Part shown: one piece after another, positions 10,180-21,800 of the stretch
Layout of the letters: every line of letters starts with the position of its first letter
Position numbering within the stretch: position 1 is the stretch's first letter
NCBI GenBank assembly: GCA_051294905.1
Contig: CM119379.1
Span: 22,072,001 to 22,136,000 of the forward strand
Direction of reading: 5' to 3'
Length of the DNA stretch: 64,000 bases
DNA from: Botryllus schlosseri
Taxonomy: Eukaryota
Position numbers and translations under genes: made by a program
The notes under the pieces: model-generated
What the model was told of the DNA's origin: nothing
The model's database searches: none
Seen by the model: the letters and a program-made list of their open reading frames with translations, nothing else

Positions 10180-13100
10180 TCACAACCCCGAATTCGTGTA
10201 TAAACCTCTCGAAGACCACGGCCCCGACCTCAAGCCCGACTCGTTACGCGCACGCGCGCTACCCATCGTCCTGCTCACGTCTTCAAAGTTCAACTCCTGC
10301 GTCCACCTGAACAAGTCCTTCACCTCCTGGTCCTCTATCTCGCTCTCCCTCCCGCCCGCCGAAGGAAACATCGCGCGCGTGTCGACCCGCGAAGGCTGCG
10401 GAGCCGGACTGAGTTCTGTCTCGTCGAAATCCGGTACGTCTCCGGTTTTGGACTGCATCCGGGCGCGGTCGGCTTTCACGGCGATGGTGGCGTCGCCGCG
10501 CTGGTTGTTCTCGGCGTAGTCGGCCGGCGAGTCGAGGCCGTACGTCTTGCGCATTTGGTGAACGCGGCGCCTGGCTTGCACGGAGCGGCGCTTGGATTGG
10601 GACGATCCCGTGACTGCGCGACGGGAGAAGTTGGCTTGCGGCGCGCTGATTGAATCCCGCGGGTCTCTGTACGTGAAGAGACTCGTGGAGGTACATGAAT
10701 TCAGTGTGCAACTGAATCATATATTCGTATTGAAGTAAACCCGAATGCTTTCGACGGACACTCGTCAGGTTTAATCGTCAGTAACTAGTAGCGAATTCTT
10801 AATCAATTCTCCACTGGTGCTGACGATATCTCCTCACGAGTGACAGCCGAATATATTCAATATGAATTTATTACTCAATAGTCTCTGCGAGGAGGATTTC
10901 ACCATCTCGCCAGAAATATATCAGAGGCGGTCAGTGGCGAGGTACTTCAACTTTCTCGGAGTATTTCAGCAGGTTTTGCCTACATTCTTAGTGAATAGAG
11001 AATGTATTCACATCCTAAATATGCTACACTAAAACTGGACCTACCTCAGTATTATACTGCAATATAAATGAAGCAGGACGTTTGAATTCAAATGGCGCTT
11101 GACAAATTAGAATAATCACAAATGGAGTACGAAGGAACGTAGCTTACGTAGGGACGTAGTAGAAATACACATCGCTCAATCAATCAAATTATGAACAATG
11201 AGAAAATAGCGTTAGGTAAGAGATACAACGGGTCTCGTGTCATCATAAATTCATACTATATTTGACGATAATCTTCGCGAATATAGCTGTGGAGAGTGAA
11301 TGGTACATCATCGCTAGAATAAATCTAACGTAGCATAGAATCCAAATTGGTCAATATTAATGGTAGAATTAGGTAGATATCGTCCTCAAAATCAAATATA
11401 CTTACTGAAGTCTTGATATTGCACGAATATGTTGCAGTTGAACGTCCTGCGTCACCGGTCTCGACATTATCGTAGGCATTTGACTTCGTAGTCTATCGCT
11501 CGGCGACTTAGTTTGAAGGTATTCCACGATATCGAACATTATACTTTGCCGTGGCAGTGTCTCTAAAGTGAGCTGGCGCCAGTAGTTTTCCCTGCCTCCG
11601 AGATAGGATGGGGTCTCGTCCACGTTGCTGAGGTACTGAGTAATCAATAAACGTGAGTGTATTGCCTGCGCTTTGCAAATGATTAAAGATGTTGATTCAA
11701 TCACACGATATTCTTAGGGGCCACGATAGAATGAACGAACTTAAGCCGGCATCTTGTATGTAATCTACATCTCCCATGAACTATGTAGGTGGCCAGGGTT
11801 ATGTAAAGACACCTAACAAAGCATCTAATTAATAGTGAGACCGATGCACAAAATAAATCCACCTGCATATAATCTTGCATTGTTGTGACGTCCACTTCAT
11901 CGGTTATCTTGTATTTTTCATGTTGACAAGCATCTATGATCATTTGGTCATAAAACTTTCTATGGCCCATTAACTGGCAAGCATCTGAAGCAGCCTGATA
12001 AAATAACAAGGGTGCAAAACATACTTTTGTAAACCAGGTATGCCTATTTCAAACAAGGAGACATTCACATTTAATAGTCAACAGTTGACTATACTCAGAG
12101 GTGTTTTACCAAGTGTACTTTGTCTACTTCCAGAACTTACTCATGTGGTGAGATTATGGACTAATATCACATATTTAAACCAAACTGCATGCTTTTTACA
12201 TTTTCAATATTTTCAAGTAGAAAGTAGATTATAAATGTAAAATGAATGACTACCTATATCTCACACTAATTGTTTTCAGTGCTAGTTCCGAATTTAGAAA
12301 ACAAGATTTGAGTTGAAATTCTTATATCTACATACATTAAGATCAAGTATTTTCACTTGTGAGCTGCATTAGTTGCATAAATCTTGACCATATATGACGT
12401 TGGATGACATAATTTTTATGAGAACTCAGAGAGCAAAGGAATGGATGCGTCACCAAGAACTAACTTCAGCAAACTTGCAAAACCAATTTCGACAGGGATA
12501 ATATTTAGTATATGCGCTGATTTCCATCATGGGAGTTGGTGGTATGGGTAGTATGCTGGTTCTTTGGCTTGCTGTTTTGGACATTTGAATTTGTGCAGTG
12601 GTTGTTTTGTATGACTGCATTTATAATTTTACATGGTTTTCTGCCCAGTTAGTCCACAGCACTTTGAATATGTCTACATTTTGTCAATATTTGGCAGGCT
12701 TAACAAAAACACGACCAGCACGCAGTTTCACCAGTTCTGGTCTATATCCAATTTTACATCCATCCATTATAAACATACATTTTTATAAATTAGCTGCTAC
12801 AGTAATAAATGTCAAGAAATCTTACTTCAGTTGCTGGCTGTATAGTTCGCCTTCCAGAAATATATTTCATGCCGACTCCAACCAGATATATTTTAAAAAC
12901 TATAATAGGAGGGAATTCGGTTCCAGCAAAACGAAGACGGACCCTCGCTTTTACTGTGGGGTCTTTCAATAAATCTGCTTCCAGTGGGCTTATCTTTCGC
13001 AAGAAATCATAGGTCCAAGACTTTTCCTTAACAAAATATAATAATAAAAACATACTACAATAAGAGCTTAATCCACGGTTCAACTGGACATGAGTAGTAA

Positions 13101-13545
13101 ATTGCAGTTCACAATATAGGTAGAAGCCTGCCTACTATGTTGGTGCATTATATGAAGCGTTTTAAACCTAATTGACATGATGGAGAACTTCATACCATTA
13201 TATTACCACAAAGGCACATGGTACTGCCAAATTCCATAATTTTGAATATAAATTCAAATTGTACTTACAGCTGCACATATTGCGTGCTTCAGCAAGGTAA
13301 ACATCTGTCGATCCCGATATGCCAGGTATACCTTTTCGATCTTAGAAACTGCCAACATCTTTTGCACCCTTAAAATTAGCCATATCAATCATCAGTGTAC
13401 TGCATTAGATTCATTTCATTTGTAACGAAAACATTACAGTTTGGTGGTCATTATAGATATTATGACGGACTTACTCGTGATCAGTATGCATCTCTGGAGC
13501 TTCAGTACTAGTTCCCATCGACGAGTATACCATAGACGGGTCCAT
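10180..13545 (-). CDS. CXorf58: CXorf58-like uncharacterised protein (6 exons, ~406 aa)
   Basis: Exons 13475-13545, 13269-13368, 12826-13026, 11863-11994, 11406-11635 and 10180-10666 join in phase with GT-AG ends (1221 nt). Motifs YRDRQMFTLLKHAICAAE, ISPLEADLLKDPTVKARVRLRFAGTEFPPIIVFKI, DVTTMQDYMQY, DETPSYLGGRENYWRQL and LFRWTQELNFED match CXorf58 as recalled, rather than its paralogue C11orf65. The start codon is tentative. Confidence 0.82.
10737..10772 (-). ncRNA. Hammerhead ribozyme motif with intact core and weakened stem I, in the last CXorf58 intron
   Basis: Minus strand: aaac CUGACGA GuguccguC GAAA GCAU UC ggguuu. The downstream flank aligns with the copy at 47877-47945. Confidence 0.6.
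10833..10858 (+). repeat. Degenerate hammerhead copy, inverted relative to the 10737-10772 copy
   Basis: CTCACGA G TGACAGC C GAAT ATAT TC has the same spacing with two core substitutions. It is followed by aatatgaat, as in the 47877 copy. Confidence 0.55.
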
Positions 13546-15884
13546 TTTTGCATACAAGACGATTTCTGACGTGACAAAGCAGTGAAAGCACCAATTACTC
13601 TACCGCTATCGTAAGTAAATGCGACCACCGTATCTCAATTTGCACTGACCCGTGACGGTTACTCTGGTGATTTAAAGCTGTTTATTTTGATCTCTACTGC
13701 CACATAACGGGAACAAACTACTGATTTTTTAAATCTCTATTTATTGAGTCGCATGTCCTCTACGGGTGTAATATATAGTCGCTGTGGAATCAAAATAGCT
13801 TATGTCCATTTTACTCATTTTGAGAAAATAAACTTCATGTTAAGCTTTCGTTTTCTTTAGGCCATATCTCGGCCGCATTTAACTTTGAAGTGATCATCAA
13901 CATAAACAATAAACATAGTCAAGATTATGACCGAAAAAAATACGACGATTTTAGGTAGGAGGATGTCATCGAAACGACTAACTAGTAATTACGGTGTCTA
14001 AATGTAACATCCACCTCGGGCTTATGACACATGTGACAGTGTTCGATCTGGATCTTTTTATCAGCATTTCATCTCTCTTATCATTCGTCCTTCGCCGGGT
14101 CTTTCTCTGGCTTTCATAATAATTAACGTCGCAAGAACACTCGCATGAGTTACAGTCCTACCGGATCGGTTCTCTGCCTGAAAAGTACTGCTAAAGGATT
14201 CGATTAGAGTCCGCTCTACACGACTGCAAGTCGCCAAGTCATGAGGTCAAAGTGTAAAAAAAGTGATTTATGCTGACGCTCGCTATTCCCGCTGATATGT
14301 AGCCTGTAGCTTAATCGCGTTCTGATTTATTTACCAACTCGCTGCATTGTTTCGAGTGTCACTAGCAAGTGACTTAGGTACCACAGAGACAAGTTGGAGT
14401 GGGATGCAACACTCGTGAAAATGTCTTACCTGTGGTTTGAATACGGTGGCTTTCTGAGGACACCTGGGTACATTCTGGGAACAGACATTTTTTCGTTGCT
14501 GGATACACTGCCATGAGACGGCAATCAAGATTAACTGCATACAACGATCGGCTTATGAACCTATTTCATTTTCATTTTAAACTGTAATCGCTCTCAAGTC
14601 ATCCGACGATCCGTTAAAAAAACCCATTACAAAAGAGTTCTTTTCTTCTCATCATGTCACTCACATTCAATTTACTCATATGTGGTTTCAAGCAAAAAGT
14701 GTAGCATTCCGGTCATTTAGGGGTTCGTCATCCATAGTAACAATAACCAGAGGTGGTCAAAGTAGTCACCGTCGGTACTCAAGTAGAAGTAGAAATAACG
14801 CCGTAAATTTATAGCCTACTCAAGTAGAAGTAGCGATTTAAAAGTAAGTAAATATGTAAGTATTCTAGGCATAGTTTTGCCTATAAATTGAATATTGTCA
14901 AGTAGAAGTAGTCTAAAAACGTAACCGCTTGAGGAAGTAGTGCGTGATATACTTCGAAAAGTACTTCGTTGCTGAGTACCTTTGGTAACAACCTCTGAGG
15001 TTTGAGGAATTCATGATGATCGTTTCGAATCAGCACATTGCAATTGCACATATCTTCATAGCGAGACATTTTGGTTATTCGGATGCCAATCCGCATTCGT
15101 GTCTCATCTTAAGCCCCGTAGACTTAGGGGTTCGAGAACCCCATTCGTTCCCGAAAATACACGAATACCATATCTCGCTACCGTCTCAGCTCCGGCCTTT
15201 GCCGCCTGAAGGGGCATTTATTTAACACAGGCTGCATCAATACGCATTTGTGAGACCTATGCCTCGTACCCGAGACTGTGGATCACGTCCTCCTCGCATG
15301 CCCAAAATACGACTGGTACCGAGCGTACTTAATTGATTATTGCCGGAACTTGAACGTAGAATTCACCACAAAACCTTCTCATACGTTCAGAAATTCTATC
15401 ACCTCTCGTTGAGTTCGTTCTGGCCAGCAACCCGATAATTTAAGCCATTAGGTAAATCTCTTGTGATACGAAATTTTTGCCGTGGTGCACCAGACCGATA
15501 AGGTGTTAAGCGCCACGTTGTCTCTTTTTCACTGTTAATAATAATAATATATCGCTGTCTATTTCCATTTATTGTCCATTCGCTAAATTCTTGTCGTTCT
15601 TATGCATCGTTCCCGTGGAGTAGACGCAATACTTATTTTCAAAAGTATACTTGTTAATTTTTACCGCCCGACAAGAAAGTAAATTGCAAAATTGACACTC
15701 GTAAATGAAAAAGTGAGCTCAATTTTACGAATATATAAACAAGAGTGCAACATGTAAACTTGTATATTGTACACACACAACGCCCATTCGCACAATTATA
15801 TGTGTCCGCTGTCAAGCTCGACATCCACCAATTTGTAACACGCTACTTTTAGCAATGTTACACTAGTTCATCATCAGTTCCCCG

Positions 15885-18800
15885 TCAAACGGCTTCTTGT
15901 CTGGAGTTAGTCGCCATACTTGGATCCGAGTTAACGCCACTATCATTATCGGGACTCAGCGGGGTTGAGCTCTTACTTTCGGAATTCGGCTCCAAACCAT
16001 ACTGATCTATGAAGGACCCGTCTTCCTCGTATTCGCGAGTGTTACCGTTGCCGAACGCTTCAATCGAATCTCCCCCAACGCTGCTTCCGCGCAAACGAGG
16101 CTGCCCGTTTTGAGTTGTCTCATCTACCTCTTTTACATCATTATCAAGACCGTTGGTTCGCGAGAGACTGTAAAGCAAACACCGGTGATATAGTGTAGTG
16201 ATGACAGGCATAAGATTATATAGTGCTGCAGGTAGTGGATAATTCTTTTCGGTGACGTCACCTTGAAGATTGGTTCGAGGTTTTGAATGACTCTGCAAGA
16301 CAAGTGGATTTAATATTTTCAAATTCTCAGAATCAAATCCAAGTGAAAATTCAAATCTAGATTTGATATCGTATCAGGTTCAGATTGAAGTTATTATTTG
16401 ATGACAGTCCCGCGGAATTATAAATTGAATGAATGGTTCATGATGCAGAACTTCAATATACTCATCATTCTTCAAAGCTTTTCGATTGATTCTTCTTAAC
16501 AGGAAGAATCGTCATTACAAAGGTAAATACAAAATGTGAAATTGAAACGGAGTAGTACGATATAAATTAATATGGCATTGTGACGGACTGAAGAAAAATA
16601 GGGAAAAAGAAAAAAATGTGGTGAAAGAAATCACACCGGAAATTAATAAAAAGAAATGAATAGGGAAAAAAACGGATTCGAAAACCGGGAATCCCCAACC
16701 TTTTGAAAATATAGTGCGATGAATATTCTATTACGAGTAAATTATAGATTATTCCAAATGTTCACGTCCAAATTCAAATCCACCCAATACTGTGATTCAA
16801 CTTATTTGCATAAGCAGAGCTCAATACCTGTATTTCCCGCCCTCTTGACTTTTCATAAGCTGAGCCTCGCTCTTGACCAGTTCCTCTTCTTTTTCGGACA
16901 CTGTGAAAACATCATTGGCCAATAATGCTTCATAATACTTTCTACTATACCGCATCGCAAATCGAATGTGAAACCGGGCTTTTCAGATTGTCGATAGTGG
17001 CATGTAGATAAGCAGGCAGCCGTTTCATGTTTTACGATCCGACAAATGATATTGTGTGCGATACACTCAGCATAGTTTGTTCAAAATTTGATCGTAAAAC
17101 GATCAAGTCGGCCCAATTTGTTATCTTTAACACTTGTCGACATAATATGATATTTTTATTACATCGTTCGCGGAATCTCTTTATTGTACAAATGGGATCA
17201 CATCACTATATATATGACTCAGACAATAAACATCGCTATAGCCGAGCTTTAAGGCCAGTGATATTTCAAGCTCCGCAACTTTAGGCGGATCAATACAGTC
17301 ATACACAAATGCATGTAAAACGCCAACTCACATCTGATACCATAATAACGCCCAAGTTTCCTATCTCCCACGTTTTCACGGCAAACCAGGCGATAGGCCA
17401 GATAGATCTATAAATCTGAGGTCATTGCCAAGAAGATAAGTGAGACTGCCTCCTTCAAGGATTCCAGACATTGTGTCGTCACATACACTATTTTTCGTTG
17501 TATCCGAACTATATTTGCTGTGACAATTAACTGATCAGTAGTGCAAGTTTGTGGGACTTCTTTTTATACAGCTTACGCGATTCTAAGAATCTATCTAGCA
17601 TGATGTTTGAAGCTGTTTACAGGAACTTTATATTGCAGCTTTTTTCTATTTTTCATGCAACATTTTACTGTAACTTGTATCAAGTATTGCGCAAAATGTA
17701 AAGTAAATAGTGATTTAAATTCTCGATATAAAATTATTTCTAGTATGTTTCTATTTATTCTCTTTGATTTGCATAACGAAGAGCTATGTTATGGCATATA
17801 TATCTCAATGTGATCTATGCAGCAACGGTTGGCTTGCAAGCTAAATGCTCAACAACCCGACCCAAGCACGACAGTGCCCAAACTAAATTAGAAGTAGAAG
17901 TATTGCTTGGCTTTTGGCCAAGCCCACACAAACGAAAACAGGTTATGTCTAGTCTTTCGGGGTCAAGTTGATATAGCTCGTTAAACTGTGTGTTTATAAA
18001 AGTGCATTCGTTATTTTACAAGTAAGAAAGGTGGGGTTATCGCTTTGCAGTTTGTATTTTTGCGGAAAATTAATCGCGTATTGCGTTATTTCTTGCTGGG
18101 TACTGGAAAAAAATGTTATTCTCGTCAGGCCTCCGTGAAATTGGGAATAACGAAATCGGACACGGACAGCTATACATGAGCTGACAGCGAAATGCTGTCA
18201 TGTACGTTTGATACCTAATGAACATAAAAATATATGCATGATCAATTGTGTGGCGGCGAAAGAAATGGAACAAGCAGACACCCCAATACCAATCTTAGAC
18301 TTTTGGGTTATACAGAAGAACCTTTCGAGTAAGTCATACACTAATAATTAAAAAAAAACTTTTGTGAATAAATGCAACTTTTTATTGCAACCTTTGTAAA
18401 AAATAAATGCAACTTCCTATGGCAAAAACTTTTGTTAAATATAAGTGCAACTTTCTCGCGATTTTAGTACAACAAAAACTTGCCTTACTGATCACTATAC
18501 AGTACACCTTTTCATATTGCAGCCCTATTATGATGCCACGATAAGAAAGACTTTCCAACTTATGCATAACACTTTACAACCTACGTGATCCCCGTATTAC
18601 ATCGGTACTGCGGTTGTGTTCTATTCTTAAATCATGATTTCAGAGAACTAGCGTTCAGGTTTTCTTGAACCTTGACCCGAAAGGACTGACCCTGTATTGG
18701 AGTCAGTGACTAGTTTCATTTGTCCGCATGTAATTCGGCGGGTAATTCAATAATTGTAATCCTCCGTTATCAGGGGTTGGTTTCATTAGAGTAAAACAAC

Positions 18801-21800
18801 CCGTGAGAAGATCTAACCGTGCGTTTTTTGAGTTTCTGAATTCTATCCATAGTGGTGATCGTGCACGAAAAAATAACATTTTCGAGATATATGCGTCAGC
18901 AGTATCGCATTGGATCGAATATGTGAAGAATAAATAAAGTCAACGTGAGTCGAGTTGAGCAATCGCACGAGTGGGTTTCCTCCATCGGCTTGTTAAACAT
19001 TAAAAACATCCGGTGAATTCTATAGTAATGCGATAATTACCAAGTCTTAACGGGATTGTTACGGCCGTAACGAGCGATTCGTCATAGCAAAAATACATTT
19101 AGATCTGGTATGTACACATCGCATTACTAAAGATGAAGACCAGCCGTTCACTGGCTGGTGGCGCAGATTTTGTTACCGGTATTTCAAAAGCTTTGTATTT
19201 GCGTTTTCATTGCGGGATCACCGAACTTTTTTCAGGAATGATGCAAGGAAAATTTTACGGTAAACGTAGTTGAAGTAGTAAAACTCGTCAGAGTAAATAT
19301 TAGGACACTTAGCGAATTCGAATGGTTGCTTGTGTGACACGTTAAGATTGTCGATTTTCGGGTATTAGAGCCCGGGCAGATATCCTACTCCAATTATCTC
19401 GGTAATGAGGGTAAATAAAGGATTAAAGAGGTATCGCTTCTGTAAGCGGTAACAGTGTATGCTCTCATCGGCCGGGTGATTCAACGCAGAATCATTTTAC
19501 TAAGCGTATATATTTTAAACATTGATTCACAATAAGTGCAATAAGTGGTGTGTTGTCACGCGAACACTGTTTGTATGAATACGATTGTTGAATTAATTTA
19601 TGTTTTTCTCACTGTCCTCTACTATTTTAATTTACACCACGCTCATAAGTTTAATTTGTTATCAATTTGTCATTTGTCAAATCATTTGCGTACAATCTAC
19701 TGACAGCCCATTCAAGTTCTACAAGCATTTCGAAATTACTGCCTTTGCAGATCGGGTGGCGAGAAGGGGCCGAGAAAATCCCACTTCAACGGGGATATAT
19801 ACTCCGCCCTACTGGTGTTGTGGCAGCGAATGTTGTTACTTAACCACATCGTATAATAACTCATGTGAAGTAGTTCCCAGCACAGGCCATCGTCCAAATT
19901 GAAGATGAAGATCCAGCATGTTTCGTCTAGTGGCCGCCAGTGTTGGGGCTGATGTACAATTGCACCGATGAAGTCTTTTGTGCCAATTGGTACGTTTTGG
20001 AATTTCTAATGCGGGATTTCATACGTGGCGGGGAAGGGTTCCACGATCTGTGCTATTTGTTAATCACTATTTAATATGCCGGGTCCATTCGGATATATGA
20101 TAATTAATCTGTAATTTTACAATAGCTCCAAGGTCCAAGGAAGATGGTCCTATTTTCATAAGATGATCCCGTCGACCGCAACTCCATCGAGCAACTTCGT
20201 AATGAGCTCGCGTAACGCGTAAGGATGGCACACTCCAAACGGTATCTTGAAATTTAAAGCCGCAAAGCACCCAACGATACGGCTAAATTCGGCACGGACG
20301 CCTATTTTGTCGTTCTACTTTGCTTGATCAAACAGTAATTCAATCATACATGACATAGGATAAAAGCCATGAGTGGCGACGCCATCTTTTCGTAGGGTCT
20401 TGGCTTGGGTCACAGACAAACATAATTATAGAATGGGAATTTAAAAATCGGAAATCGTTGAGTTGAAATTGAGAATGGCGCTATTATTTCCGGGTTGACT
20501 GTATTACTTTCATAAAATATATGTTATTTCTCTAGTATGCCGCTACAACAATGAGCTGTTTGGTCCTGGAATATCACGCAGGGGATTCCGGAAATACTCT
20601 GACACACATAAAGAAGGATTTCGTTTCGCAATTATGCAATCTTTCTAAATTCGTAAATATCATCTTACCTGGATAATGTCCGCCTCTGCGTCTTCGTATG
20701 AAACAAACAACCAACAAGATCAGTACCACCAACGCGATTATACACAGTATCATGATCAGCCAAAGCTGCCCAGCGACGCCACCGCTCGAAATGGGGTAAC
20801 CTGTCAAAAAATAACCGTTATTCTTTCAATGTAATCACTACAGTAATGTTTATTCATTTTTTCGGATGACACAAAGCATTTTATAAACGAAAATATGAAG
20901 CCTCAGTTTACGTTTAATTTTAAACAAAAGTAGTCCAACACCAGATATCCCTTTCTATATGATACCATACGAAACCACAAAGCGGCAGTTAATCGAACTA
21001 ATATTGACATTATACAGCGACGGAATAATTCATTGGAATGATAACATTTCATTTTATGCCATCAAGTCAAATGTGAACTAAATGTTCCTATAATAGCATA
21101 GGTGCAGAACGAAAGTTTCAAGTATAGCTTCAGTGTATAATATGCTCAACCCCTCAATGCATCAGTTGGTATGATGAATTGCGAGTATGGGAATGGAATT
21201 TGAACACGACCATCTGCGATCAAGATGATTCAACGCTGTTCCATTATGTTGTTTTGGTATTATATATGAGATGAGAGCATTGTCGGACGTCGGTGTGCGT
21301 TATAGATGCCTAAAACCTCGATTTGAGTGAACTATCATGACAGGGGTCATGTTATCCTGAAATCTTTACGTTACTGTTATGAGCGATGCGTCTTGCAAAG
21401 GAGAGATCTATCTAAAAACCGCAAGGGCAAGTATCGTGGTCTACCTCAGATGCTCAATTCCACATAACACCCAAACCCGTTAAAATCGAGATTATGCAGG
21501 CCTACTTGCTACAGAGTTGCTTGATATTATGCCGCGTCTCCGGATTAAATTGAGTTTTTCCTGAATCCAGTAAGGCAGAGCCTGATTTTATTGCCAACTG
21601 TCAGTTGAGTTAAAGGGAAACCTATTTTCAGGAGCAGAGATAACCCCATTTTAACATTTTAATATCACAGTGTCAATAAGTCTAATTAGAACGACAAATA
21701 AGTAACAAGTCGAATGATGAATGCATGGAGGTTGGAGGCAGTGCGCGCAGTGAGTCAATTTACGCGATACATTCGAGGGTCAATAAATTTGTCGTCGGTT

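Noticed and set aside
13546-15884. L1 and CXorf58 as an operon, or as conserved human X-linked synteny
   Set aside because: The 2.3-kb gap gives no sequence evidence of polycistronic structure. Human L1CAM (Xq28) and CXorf58 (Xp22) are far apart, and this gene is not specifically an L1CAM orthologue.
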